Under the pieces are notes generated by a model. The model did not search any database and had not been told where the DNA came from. It worked only from the letters and a program-made list of their open reading frames with translations. The translations under genes were made by a program, and so were the position numbers. DNA of 48,198 nt, taken from NCBI GenBank assembly GCA_001600695.1, contig BCKQ01000001.1:2230769-2278966 (forward strand), read 5' to 3'. Numbering within the stretch: position 1 is the first letter of the stretch; each line of letters begins with the position of its first letter. Positions 22,658 through 33,701 of the stretch are shown in pieces. The stretch is from Ascoidea asiatica JCM 7603. Lineage: Eukaryota > Fungi > Ascomycota.

Positions 22658-25600
22658 TTAATTTAACAAATGAACAATAGAAGACTTCTTTTTTTTTTTC
22701 TTACTCAATGATAATAGCATTTCACCTGCCTGACTCATCATATTCTCACCTTCTTTGTCAACTTCTTCAAAAGCTCTAGATTGTTGACCTTTGGAAATAT
22801 CCTTAGGGCTGATGTTTGGATTTTCAATATCATTTATCGAATTATCAGCAGATTCTCCTGTTTTTTCTGAAGAATTTTTTTTGGCTGGCAAGGTAAAATA
22901 ATTTGATGAATTGTCCTTCAGTATTGGAGCTGAATTATTCTCATTTGAAACATCAGAGCTTGCACCCGACTTAGAAGATTGTATGGATAACATTGGTAAT
23001 GGCAATTCAAAATCATTTTGCTCTTTGGTACTACTACCTCCAGTAATGGAAGTTCTCATACTAAAGCCACCTAAAGATGATGGTGAAAATCCAGGATAAC
23101 CTCCATTTGTAATCGAATTCAATAGTGGCGTTAATCCCTTAAAGTTCAAATCATATTCCTCATTATTCAAATGAAAAAGATTTGGAGAAGTTTTCAAAGA
23201 CCCCATCAGAGGACTATCAAATCTGATGCTATTACTGTTTGAAATGCTGGAATTAATATTAACATTGTTGGCAATGCTTTCACTTACTTCATTTCTGTCC
23301 TTGGTGCCGAAGTCACTTATATTATTATTACCATTATTATTATCATTTTGATCATTATTAGCCGAATCAGACACCATTTCATTTTTCTTTAAATTAGGTG
23401 GGCTAATCTCTAAAATAATTTTATCAGTTGTAACTGGATCTAACGTTATGTTTGAAGGCTGTTTGCTTTTCAATTCAACAGTTGATTTTGAAGCATTAGG
23501 TTTTTCCAAATTTTCATTTATTTCATTTTTAAAATCCAACGATTCTTCAGCTGGCCTTTCAGTATTATTAACGCCGAAATTGGTACTTAAACTTTTTATA
23601 TCTTTTTTCACTTTGTTATTTGGAAAATTGTTTGAGTTTTGCTGCAGCTTTCGATTAGTGAATATACTATTATTTACAGAAGCACATTTTGAAGCTGAAA
23701 TCGAAGAAGAATTTGAGTTAGAATTTGATATTAAATTGTTTGAAAATGAGTTATAAGAGCTAGTAGAAATATAACTGGTATTATTAGGTAAACGACTATT
23801 CTTTAAAGTTGAGTTTGAATGTGAATAATTTGATAAAGAATAAGAATTGCTATTAGTATTACTACCACTAGATGTTGAAGTAGGCACTTCAGAAATTGAG
23901 CTCATTAAACTATTATTATTCATTAGGCTAGTCGCTTTAATTTGAGGTAGTAACTTTGGAGTTACTCGTGGGCTAGGTAATTGATTCGAAGAGGATATTG
24001 CATTCGATGGACTAGTTAGTATAGGAGGTCTTATATTTATATTCGATTCATTTGCAGGTATATTCAAATCATTTGAAGGAATATTTGGTAGTATATTTCC
24101 ACTATTATTTAAAGTTTGATTACTTAAACCATTATTATTAGTATTTTCAGTGATATTATTGCTATTACGATTTTTTTTGTCAGCTTTAATGTTGGTGTTA
24201 TTTCTATCTATACTGTTGCTCATACTTCTGTTATTGTTTGTTTGAAATTGGTAATTTATAAAATCATCCATTCTTCCAGTTGAGTTGCTTGGTATATTTT
24301 GACTATTATTATAATTATTATTATTATTATTATTGTCATTACTACTATTACTATTATTATTACCACTATTACTATTGTTATTACTATTTTGATTATTATT
24401 TTGATTATTATTGTCATTATTATTATGATTGATGTTATTATTATTGCTAGTATTGTTACTATTATTGTTGATATTGTTATTTAAATTTGAAAATGAAGAA
24501 TTTACAGGATATGGAAATGATGAATCATATGCATTAAGAAAATTAAAATTATTGAATCTGTTTGATAACAATGGATCAAAATAAATATTTCCTTGATTCT
24601 GATTATTTATAAAATTAGGATTGTTCATATTGTTCAAATTATTCATATTATTCATGTTACTCATATTATTCATACTGCTTATGTTATTCATAGGATTCAT
24701 ATTATTCAAACTATTCAAATTACTTGAATTGTTTGCATTGATTGAATTGAATTGAATTTGCTGGTTTTTTTCATCCTGATTTTTTTCCTGTTTTGAAGTT
24801 TGTTGTTGTTGCTGTTGTTTTGAATTATCAATATTTAAAAATTGCTTAAAAGTTTCTATTTGAGATTTGGAAAAATTTTTATTAAACAATAGTTGATCGA
24901 TATTTATGTCATTGGAATGATTATTTGAACTTGAATTGGAAGGATTATTCGAAGACAGATTTATTAATAAAGGTTGAATAGTTTTCAACATTTGAATTAA
25001 ATTTAAAAAATTAAAATCAAGATCTAAATTACGACAATTATCAATATTTAGCTTTAACTTTGCAAAAGAAATATCATTTTCTTTTAGATTTTTAATTAAT
25101 TGAGAAGAATTATAATTATTTTGAAAAGTATCTGGAGATATGGAACTAATGTCTTTGAACATTAAAAGAATTATTGAATGGAGATAATTTATATATTCTA
25201 CAGTTGTCTGAAGTATTGATAATTTATGCATTCCATCTACGGGATTTGAATTATTCTTGTTATTATTATCAATATTATTAGCAGAAGAAGATGAACTGAT
25301 GTTAGTAGTAGCATTAGTATTAGGAGTATTAGAATTAGATGAAGAAGATAAAGAACTTATAATATTATTTCTACAAGCAGGTACTAATAGTTTTAAACAT
25401 TCAAATTCTCTATTCATTTTATTTCTTCTTTTTTTCTCAATGATTGAATGAGCTGTTTTTAATTGTTTTTTTTTTTCATCAATTTCTGCTTTTGTTTTTG
25501 ATTTTTTTTGTTTTTTAGTTGATATTGGCGCTATTGATGATGAATTTGAAACAGAAGTTGAATTTGAATTGAATTTTCTTTTTGCAATATTGTTTTTATT

Positions 25601-25882
25601 ATTATTATTATCATTATTATTATTATTATTATTAATACTTTTATTCTTTATGGTAAGCGAAGATGAAGTTTTTTCCTTGGCTAAAGCTAATGAAGACAGA
25701 GAAATACTTGGATTTTCCATAATTATATCTGGAAATTTAGGAGTATTAGATTGAGATTGAGATTGAGAATTTGTTGATTTATTTGAATTTGAGGTGGAAT
25801 TGGAATTGGAATTGGAATTGGCATTTGGATTCATGTGAATTATGGTAGATGTAAGGTATGGTGGTTTTGGTAAATTGCCCAT
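22658..25882 (-). CDS. bHLH transcription factor with large Asn/Gln-rich low-complexity regions
   Basis: Basic-helix 1 KTAHSIIEKKRRNKMNREFECLKLLVPAC, helix 2 MHKLSILQTTVEYINYL separated by a long Ser/Asn loop, and poly-N tracts. Confidence 0.85.
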   Translation of the reverse strand: MGNLPKPPYLTSTIIHMNPNANSNSNSNSTSNSNKSTNSQSQSQSNTPKFPDIIMENPSISLSSLALAKEKTSSSLTIKNKSINNNNNNNDNNNNKNNIAKRKFNSNSTSVSNSSSIAPISTKKQKKSKTKAEIDEKKKQLKTAHSIIEKKRRNKMNREFECLKLLVPACRNNIISSLSSSSNSNTPNTNATTNISSSSSANNIDNNNKNNSNPVDGMHKLSILQTTVEYINYLHSIILLMFKDISSISPDTFQNNYNSSQLIKNLKENDISFAKLKLNIDNCRNLDLDFNFLNLIQMLKTIQPLLINLSSNNPSNSSSNNHSNDINIDQLLFNKNFSKSQIETFKQFLNIDNSKQQQQQQTSKQEKNQDEKNQQIQFNSINANNSSNLNSLNNMNPMNNISSMNNMSNMNNMNNLNNMNNPNFINNQNQGNIYFDPLLSNRFNNFNFLNAYDSSFPYPVNSSFSNLNNNINNNSNNTSNNNNINHNNNDNNNQNNNQNSNNNSNSGNNNSNSSNDNNNNNNNYNNSQNIPSNSTGRMDDFINYQFQTNNNRSMSNSIDRNNTNIKADKKNRNSNNITENTNNNGLSNQTLNNSGNILPNIPSNDLNIPANESNINIRPPILTSPSNAISSSNQLPSPRVTPKLLPQIKATSLMNNNSLMSSISEVPTSTSSGSNTNSNSYSLSNYSHSNSTLKNSRLPNNTSYISTSSYNSFSNNLISNSNSNSSSISASKCASVNNSIFTNRKLQQNSNNFPNNKVKKDIKSLSTNFGVNNTERPAEESLDFKNEINENLEKPNASKSTVELKSKQPSNITLDPVTTDKIILEISPPNLKKNEMVSDSANNDQNDNNNGNNNISDFGTKDRNEVSESIANNVNINSSISNSNSIRFDSPLMGSLKTSPNLFHLNNEEYDLNFKGLTPLLNSITNGGYPGFSPSSLGGFSMRTSITGGSSTKEQNDFELPLPMLSIQSSKSGASSDVSNENNSAPILKDNSSNYFTLPAKKNSSEKTGESADNSINDIENPNISPKDISKGQQSRAFEEVDKEGENMMSQAGEMLLSLSKKKKKKSSIVHLLN

Positions 25883-26568
25883 TTTGATAAAGTTTTTCCA
25901 GTTTAATTATTATAATTATGGAATATAGTTTATTTCACTTTTTTTGTAAAATGAGTTAATATATTTAAATCTTGTAAGATCTTACAATTTTTATCTGCTT
26001 AAGAATAGATAAATTATGAAACAATTCAGTTGAATATGACTTAGAATTTATCAAGATTCAGAATTGAACTATTAGCATAAAAAAAAAACTGATACAAAAT
26101 CAAAATTGAAGCAAGACAAACAAAAGCCTTGAAAGAAAAGGTATAATTTATATATTCAATCAAATGAATTTTAATATTATCCAAAAATGTTAAAATCGAT
26201 TGAAATAAACAAAGATTTTTCTAAAGTCTCTAATATTTATTATATCGTATTATCTACTAGTGTCTCTTTTTTTCAGTCGCTGATATGAAACTATAATAAC
26301 CATTAACTGATAATTAAGTACTCAAACGAGTGATTACTAAAAGAGATATGATTCAATTGTTCTTTTCAACTAAAATGTAGCTAATTTAAATTACAAGTCA
26401 TATAAAATATATAAATTCAAAAAAATATTACATCTGTTAATAGTCTATTGAGAATTAAGTTTCCCAAACTACTGCAAATTGTGAGCTTCATTTTCTAATT
26501 AGATTCGATTTTATCTTCTCTTTTCTATAGAAACAGAAAACGTTTTTGGGCATGCGATACAATATTTT

Positions 26569-26629
26569 CTTTCAAGCACCTTTTCCAGCATTTTTCAAAT
26601 TAGTCTTTTCAAGCACCTTTTCAAGCACG
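26569..26629. repeat. Degenerate ~12-bp direct repeat (TTTTCAAGCACC-like, 4-5 units)
   Basis: TTTCAAGCACC, TTTTCCAGCAT, TTTTCAAGCACC and TTTTCAAGCACG were read directly. Confidence 0.75.
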
Positions 26630-27301
26630 TAGCCTTTATTGGGGTTGTTCTCCTAATCATTGCTGAGCTTATTGAAATACATGTTGGTGGTTCTTTTCAA
26701 TAAATGGTCAGAATGCACTCCAAAACTGTTCTTCAAATTATTTTGAGTTATCTCAAGCCAAATAAACCTTTATTTTGTCACTGCCATTAAACTCGCACTG
26801 GCTCTGGTGCTCACACACTTTTATCGCAGCTTATACCGCTGGTTTAGAGTTTGGGACTGCTTTTTAGAGTTCCACATGGCACGCACCTGTCTTAAATATG
26901 ACCAATAGGCGTCCGTAGCTGGACAGATCCTCAAGCGTGGCTCTCCCACGTGGCACTGACATATTCAGCTTTCTGCACATTTATACATATTCTGTTTTGA
27001 CCTACATATTCACACATAAATTTCTTATTTAGGAAAACATGTGGACGAGCACTCCTTCAGCCTTATCCGTAGCAGTTGACTGTTGACTGTTGACTCTCAC
27101 GCTGATGTTGTCCCTATTAACTTGACTTTTTCACTTCCTGTCCTAATATAATGCCCCCAAAACTAGGAAATGTCAACCATCTTTTTTTTTATTTATTTTT
27201 TTGAGGATGGTTCGATTTTTCACTTCGCCGTTTTTTTATTGAGTTTTATTCCATGAATTATTCCATTTTTGGAACCGTCCGATTGGAGACCATTTTTTTA
27301 T

Positions 27302-27340
27302 GCGATGAATTTTTTTTTTTTTTTTCCTACAGGAAATTTT
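27302..27340. promoter_or_regulatory. PAC-like (GCGATGA) and RRPE-like (GAAATTTT) ribosome-biogenesis elements upstream of CMS1
   Basis: GCGATGAA at 27302, a poly-T tract, and GAAATTTT at 27333. The downstream gene is a 90S factor. Confidence 0.55.
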
Positions 27341-27531
27341 ATTTATTTAATTTTTTGAATTATTTCATAGATTTAATCTTAGCAGACAAGATACATAAAC
27401 TATTAATCAAATTTATAAATAACTAGATCAACTTATCTTATCTTATCTTTTTGATAATTATTATTATAGTGTATTCAACATACCTCAAGAACTATATTAG
27501 GCTTTAAGAAGTGATAAATATTTTATTCAAC

Positions 27532-28677
27532 ATGACATTAACTACAGCTGAAGATGCATTAGATGATGGTTTAGATTACGATTTTGATAATCAAATAGAC
27601 GAGGGAATAGCTATTGGTGAATCCCTGTCTGAAGCAGAATACGAAAATAAAAATGAAGAAGATGGCGAAGATCAAGATGATCAGACTAAAATTCAATCAA
27701 AGATAAAATCTATATCTAATTCAGAAACTAAATCTAATCAAAAAAAAAGAAGAAGAGAAGAATTTAAAAATAATGAAAATGATCTAAAAGATTCAAAAGA
27801 TTTACCAAATTCAAACACCGAAAAGCAGAATAAAACTGAAAAAGGTAAAGCTCCCAAAAAAAAGAAACAAAAAGTTGATTTAAATGTTGAAATTAAAAAA
27901 AATTTATCAAAACAATCTGTTGATATTATAGTTGATTATCTTAATAAAAAAATCTCTTATTTGAATAAAAATAAAGATTTATCTCCTTTAGAATTATCTG
28001 AATTATATTATAAAAAAACTTTTATTAAACCAACAAGTAGATTTGAAACGGAATACAAAAGAAACTTTCCAAATGAGGATGAAGATAATGATGAAGGTAT
28101 TGAATTAAAAGATGTTAATGAAGAAAATAATCAAATTTCTAATAAACTTGAAATTCAAAGAAATTTAACTCATTTTCCAAAATTTATAAAAAATTATTTT
28201 GAAAATCAAAAAAAAAAAGGAAATTCAAATTCAAACTCAACTAAATTTATTTTAATATTGGGTATGTCAAATTTAAGATGTTGTGATATACTAAGAGCAA
28301 CAAAACTTTTAAATTCAAAATCTTATAGATTTATTTCAAAAAATCATTTGAAAGATGATATTCACTTTTTAAATTCTTTAATTTCGAAAAATTCAAATTT
28401 TGAATCAAATAATAAAAATAATAAAAAAAGTAAAAATAAAAATAAAAATAAAAATGGTACATTTTATATAATTTCAACACCAATCAGAATTACAAAAATT
28501 TTAAATTCAGATGAATTTGTTGGTAAAAAAACTGATTTCACAAATAATATTATAATTGATTCATCTTATCTTGATACAAAAACTCAAAATATTTTTGATC
28601 CAGAAGAAAATTTGTCTTTGATTAAATCTTTAATTACCTCAAATTCAAAAGAACCTGGTAAACTTTATCTCTATTAA
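27532..28677 (+). CDS. CMS1: 90S pre-ribosome factor Cms1
   Basis: N-terminal EDALDDGLDYDF, DLSPLELSEL, ILGMSNLRCCDILR, STPIRI and IIIDSSYLD. The first ATG is at 27532 (the track used GTG at 27511). Confidence 0.85.
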   Translation: MTLTTAEDALDDGLDYDFDNQIDEGIAIGESLSEAEYENKNEEDGEDQDDQTKIQSKIKSISNSETKSNQKKRRREEFKNNENDLKDSKDLPNSNTEKQNKTEKGKAPKKKKQKVDLNVEIKKNLSKQSVDIIVDYLNKKISYLNKNKDLSPLELSELYYKKTFIKPTSRFETEYKRNFPNEDEDNDEGIELKDVNEENNQISNKLEIQRNLTHFPKFIKNYFENQKKKGNSNSNSTKFILILGMSNLRCCDILRATKLLNSKSYRFISKNHLKDDIHFLNSLISKNSNFESNNKNNKKSKNKNKNKNGTFYIISTPIRITKILNSDEFVGKKTDFTNNIIIDSSYLDTKTQNIFDPEENLSLIKSLITSNSKEPGKLYLY

Positions 28678-28944
28678 TTTGTAAAATTAATTTCAAAAGT
28701 TTTTAGATAATTTATATAAAAAAAAATATGTAATAGTTATGTTTAAAATATATAAAATTATATCGAATCATATATGAATCTAAAACAAAATCAGAATGTT
28801 CACCCTCTAGATATGAAAAGATAACTTTTGAGAAAAAAAAAAAATAGTCCAAATCATTTTATTTATTACTGATTTAGTTATTTGTTTTGCTATTCCTATT
28901 GATTGGAATTATTTATCAAGAGAAATGAAAAACTATTTGCATTA

Positions 28945-31353
28945 TCATATAATTTGACAATTTGGGGTAACTAAGCATTGTAAATTACAAAAAGAATTTA
29001 CGAGATCATTCATATTATAAGCACTATTTGATTCATCTAAATTTTTCATTGCAATTGTTATTTTTTGTAATCCTTTTTCATGATACCATTCTAATACTTG
29101 TAATGATGGATTAATTTTGAAACTATTATTTTCACAATTTTCTGCTTCAAACTCAATAGAAATCTCATCCTTGTCATATAACCCATAATGCCATTCAGGT
29201 AAAAAAATTAATGAAGGGTGAATATTATCATTATCCAAAGAGTTCATTGGCATTGTACAATTTACATTTGAATCAATGATTAATGAAAATTTTTTCTCTT
29301 TCATTGAAAATTCTGCCAATATATTTTTTCCATTAATAGCCAATGCAAAAGGCCTAATTATTGAATTTATTGCTCTAACACCATCAGGTGAAGCTTCATT
29401 ATTTTTTATTGAAAAGTTACTATTAGTATCAGTTAAAGTTTTAGTAAATTCATGCTCAGAAATCAGATTTTCAGTACTTTTTAATAATTCATCCTTTGAA
29501 GAATTTGATGTAGAATCAAAAATATTTAATTTAGAAATATATTTATCATCTTTTGACCAAAAAGAAAAATCTTCACAATTCCATCTATCACCCCATTTAT
29601 GACAATTTAAAGAAGAATAACACCAATAAGAATGAGACATATTTGAACCTTCTAAAGCAAAACCAATTGCATCTAAAGCATCAGTTTGAGAATCATAACT
29701 ACCATCCTCTTCATTATAAGCTTTTTTTCCATCCATATCAAATGGCATTCCAGTTTCAGACATAATAACAGGAACATTAGGACCTAAATTTCTTTCACTT
29801 TCAGCTTTCATTTCTATAAATTGATTTCTAAAAGATTTTCTAATATTTTGTTCACCAAATACAATTCCAAAAACTGGATTTAAATATTTACCTCTCATAA
29901 TTCCTAAAGTATCAACATTATAACTTCTATTCCAAGTTTTAAACATTAAAGACATTCCATCATAATAATGAGGAGTATAAATTAAATTTTTTGAAATTTT
30001 TAATTTATAATAGGGAGAATTTTCATTTAAAATCATTAAATTTGGAGGAATTTCTAAAACAGGAGCTTGAATAGCAATAAATAAATTTTTAACTGTTGAT
30101 TGAATTGAATTATAAAATTTTAAGAAAAATTTTAAAAATTGATTATTAATAAAATATTCTTTATCTATTTTTTCACCAGTTTTTGGATTTTTTGAAAAAT
30201 AATCAGGTATTAAAAGTTCTTTAGTTTTTGAATTCCAAATATTATGTTGTTCCCAAATACAAGTACCTAATTTCCAAGAATTATTTCTTTCAAAGCCATA
30301 TTTTTTATCAAATTTATTTGAATTTAACCAACATGATGAACCATTTGGATCAATAAATTTTGAACCAATTTTTTTTGGACCAAAAACAGAAATTTCATAA
30401 ACATCTACATTTTCAGAAAAACCAGTACCAAGCTTAATAGATTGAAAAGCAGTTGGAGTTGTTCCAACTCTTAATTGTTGATCTTTTGGAATTGAATTTA
30501 AATCTTCATAACCAGAATAACCTGAATTAGGTTCATTCATTGATTCAACAGCAAAAATTGTTTCATTAAATAAAAAAGGAGCATTTTCAACAATAGAACT
30601 AATAAAAAATTTTATTGAATTAATAAAATGATCTTGTAAAAAATCTTGAATATTTTGATTATTAATAATTAATTTTGGAGCAAAAATTTTACCAGAAAAA
30701 AATAAAGTAAAAATAGTTGCAGTTGCTAATCTATTATAATTTGTTGGCCATAACATTTTTGGATATAGATCAGGATTTGGAGGATAAAAATTATGTAATA
30801 TTGCAGCATCAGTTGATTGAAAATATTTTGGATCAAAACCAACAGCATATAAAGTCCATAATGGAGCTCCACTACCACCAGTAAATCTTGACCAAACATC
30901 TTGGTGAGGATCAATTATAACATATAAACCACCAATTTTATTAATGATTTTTAAAATTTCAATTGAATAATTGATATATTCTTCATCATAAATTCCAGGA
31001 CCTTCATGTTCTATAGCTTCCCAAGTTATGATATATCTAATTAAATTAAAACCCCAAGATTTAATTCTTTGAAAATGAGATTCGGCTTCTTCTAAAGGAA
31101 ATGGTCTTCCAACAAAAGAAATTGAATCACCATCCCAAAAAATATCATCATTGTTTTTATTATCGTTATTATCACCTATAGGAAAATCACTTGGTATAAA
31201 AGGTAAAGAAGGAAGTTTTGAAGATGCATCTAAATTGATCCCTTTCAAAGTTATTTTTCGATTATACTTATCTATAAAATTCCCATTCTTATCTATTTTA
31301 ATTTTGTCATGTAGTAATGATGGATATGAAGAATGTGTCTCAAGAGAATCCAT
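28945..31353 (-). CDS. EGH1: GH5 ergosteryl-beta-glucosidase / endoglycoceramidase-related protein
   Basis: Motifs SFVGRPFPLEEA, TWEAIEHEGPGIYD, IDPHQDVWSRFTGGSGAP, catalytic MNEP and SETG. C-terminal CaaX-like CQII. Confidence 0.92.
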   Translation of the reverse strand: MDSLETHSSYPSLLHDKIKIDKNGNFIDKYNRKITLKGINLDASSKLPSLPFIPSDFPIGDNNDNKNNDDIFWDGDSISFVGRPFPLEEAESHFQRIKSWGFNLIRYIITWEAIEHEGPGIYDEEYINYSIEILKIINKIGGLYVIIDPHQDVWSRFTGGSGAPLWTLYAVGFDPKYFQSTDAAILHNFYPPNPDLYPKMLWPTNYNRLATATIFTLFFSGKIFAPKLIINNQNIQDFLQDHFINSIKFFISSIVENAPFLFNETIFAVESMNEPNSGYSGYEDLNSIPKDQQLRVGTTPTAFQSIKLGTGFSENVDVYEISVFGPKKIGSKFIDPNGSSCWLNSNKFDKKYGFERNNSWKLGTCIWEQHNIWNSKTKELLIPDYFSKNPKTGEKIDKEYFINNQFLKFFLKFYNSIQSTVKNLFIAIQAPVLEIPPNLMILNENSPYYKLKISKNLIYTPHYYDGMSLMFKTWNRSYNVDTLGIMRGKYLNPVFGIVFGEQNIRKSFRNQFIEMKAESERNLGPNVPVIMSETGMPFDMDGKKAYNEEDGSYDSQTDALDAIGFALEGSNMSHSYWCYSSLNCHKWGDRWNCEDFSFWSKDDKYISKLNIFDSTSNSSKDELLKSTENLISEHEFTKTLTDTNSNFSIKNNEASPDGVRAINSIIRPFALAINGKNILAEFSMKEKKFSLIIDSNVNCTMPMNSLDNDNIHPSLIFLPEWHYGLYDKDEISIEFEAENCENNSFKINPSLQVLEWYHEKGLQKITIAMKNLDESNSAYNMNDLVNSFCNLQCLVTPNCQII

Positions 31354-31794
31354 GAATTTTATCTTGGAGTAAGTGATATAATTCTTAAATAAAATAAAGA
31401 ATGTTTTTAATTATATTATAATCAAAATAATTTATTTATTAAACTGATAATATAAAAATGATTACTTTCATTGCTTGATTGATCAATTCTAGGGATAAAT
31501 GCTCAGGGAGAAGACTGTTCCTCTATCAGCATTGATAATTATTGCCCCGAAGCAAGCAAGTAACTTTAAATGCACCGTGTACCGTGTACCGAGAACCGCG
31601 CTAACCGTTATCAATAAACTATCCGAGTTTCCGTATGCATGGTTACAGATATTTTACTACGGATCTCGTTGCAACAGTACGGATTCGGTTAATTGGAATC
31701 AGACTGAGAAAATGAAGCAGAATCAGAAGCAGATTCACAAACACATCAGCAACAGCTATAAAGTATTTTATATTCATCTATGTACTATTCAATT

Positions 31795-33054
31795 CTACTG
31801 TTCAGCTTTGGGGTTCTCTTCCTTTTTGTCTTCCTGTTTAGATTCCTCTTTTGAGTCCTTTTTGATTTCCTCTTTTATTTCTTCTTTGTTTTTACTTTTC
31901 ATTTGAGATCTTAATTCTTTTCTCCAATCCACAAATTTCTTCGTTAAAATTTCATTATTATTAATTATTTTCAAACTTACATCTTCTGGTAATTCTGTTA
32001 ATGAAAATGTTCTTTTTACATGATTATGACTTAATCTCCAAACTTTTTTCTCATTATTTATATCAATATTTGTTCTTAACCATTCAATAACTGCTCCATA
32101 CCATTTCAATGAATCTAAACAATTTATAATTTTTTTATTTGGTAATTGTTTTTTTAAAATTATCGGAATTTCTTCAACTTTAAATTCTTCAATTGTTTGT
32201 AATTTAAATTCTTTATCATCTCTAAATCCATAAAATATTTTTGGTATTCCAATTAAAAAACATTGTGCCCAACTATTAAATAATTTAAATCCAAATGTAT
32301 TAAAATTTTGAGAGTTAGTTATAATTTTTGAAGTTTTTAATTCAATATAATGATCTAAAATATTATCATGCCCCTTATCTGATTCTTTATAACTTGGTTT
32401 ATAATCAAATACACAATCAATTTCTCCACATAATAACATTTTCGTTTTATCTATACCAGTTCTAACAAGACTTGAATATTGTTCAATATTATTAACATTC
32501 TTTTTACTTCTTTTTTCAATTAATTCCCTTGAACATGATGACCATTGTTTTGGTAATGTGGTTAAAGTTTCAAACTTATATCCTGAATATATACAATTCT
32601 CTATATAATCTGTACTTGGTCTATTTTTTTGTCTTTTTAAATCTAATTCTTTATCTGATTTGAAAAAAATTTGAGAATCTAAACAAATTATATTAAAATC
32701 AAATGAATCTTGAGAATATGGCACTGTTAAAATTTTTTTCATTAATCCTCTAAATGAAATTATATCTACTTTTATTTTAGAATTTAATTTTCTTTCATAA
32801 ACTTCAATTGCTTCTAAAAATCCATCTAAATTTCCATCTTTTAATTTATCCATTTTAATAAAATTTTTTTTACCCACTATCAAACTTTCTTTTTTTTCAA
32901 CTTCTGAATCTGGAAAATAATAGTAATTTAAACTTGAATCATCCATTCTATAATTCATTTTAATATCTCTTGAAAATGACATTATTTCTTTTGGCTGTTT
33001 TAATGCAGTAGCATTTGACCTTGAATTTAATGGAAAGTATTTTACATTTGACAT
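31795..33054 (-). CDS. RAI1: Rai1/DXO decapping nuclease (Rat1 partner)
   Basis: Motifs LKQPKE, ISFRG, YSGYKFETL, GEIDC, YIELKTS and WAQCFLIGIPKIFYGFRD. A perfect RRPE (AAATTTTTCA) lies at 33201-33210 upstream. Confidence 0.94.
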   Translation of the reverse strand: MSNVKYFPLNSRSNATALKQPKEIMSFSRDIKMNYRMDDSSLNYYYFPDSEVEKKESLIVGKKNFIKMDKLKDGNLDGFLEAIEVYERKLNSKIKVDIISFRGLMKKILTVPYSQDSFDFNIICLDSQIFFKSDKELDLKRQKNRPSTDYIENCIYSGYKFETLTTLPKQWSSCSRELIEKRSKKNVNNIEQYSSLVRTGIDKTKMLLCGEIDCVFDYKPSYKESDKGHDNILDHYIELKTSKIITNSQNFNTFGFKLFNSWAQCFLIGIPKIFYGFRDDKEFKLQTIEEFKVEEIPIILKKQLPNKKIINCLDSLKWYGAVIEWLRTNIDINNEKKVWRLSHNHVKRTFSLTELPEDVSLKIINNNEILTKKFVDWRKELRSQMKSKNKEEIKEEIKKDSKEESKQEDKKEENPKAEQ

Positions 33055-33701
33055 TCTAAATAATTGAATATGACGTTAGTAATTATATATTCACTTTTTA
33101 AAATAATTTTCAATCTCAATTAATTAACTCTTTTGATAAATAATTTTTTTTTATCCAATATTTTAAATTACTAATTTATTCGCTTTTTCGATGTTAAAAT
33201 AAATTTTTCAAATGTTTAAATTTCAAAAATTCAAAAATTTAAAATTCGGAATATAAAACCAAATACATGGTTCCAATAATTTTATGCATTATAACGTATA
33301 TATATGTATTTCGAAAAAAATCATAATAAATTAATTTTATTTAAAATTTATCAATTTAAATCAATTGAGATTTAAGTCAAGTAAAATAAAGTAAAAAAAA
33401 TGAAATATAAATAAAAATAAAAATAAAAATAAAAATAAAATATAAAAAATGGAAGTGAAAGAAATTGAAAGGAATTGAGAAACGATTCACAAACTAATTA
33501 ATAATGCAGTGCTTGCAAAAGCAATATGAGAAGCAAAAAAATGTTATGAACATTTTCAAAAAGAAGTTCAAGAAGTCCAATTAAAGAAATAAAAATTAAT
33601 TAATAATACTCTATAGTGTTAAAACACTATTGAAAAATACATCTAAAATATGAAAATTTTAGTTATGATTTGTCTTTTAATAATGAAAAGCCAAAATTCA
33701 C

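Noticed and set aside
31499-31906. 135-aa plus-strand ORF
   Set aside because: Spans the EGH1 promoter and runs antisense into the RAI1 3' end, with no recognisable family.
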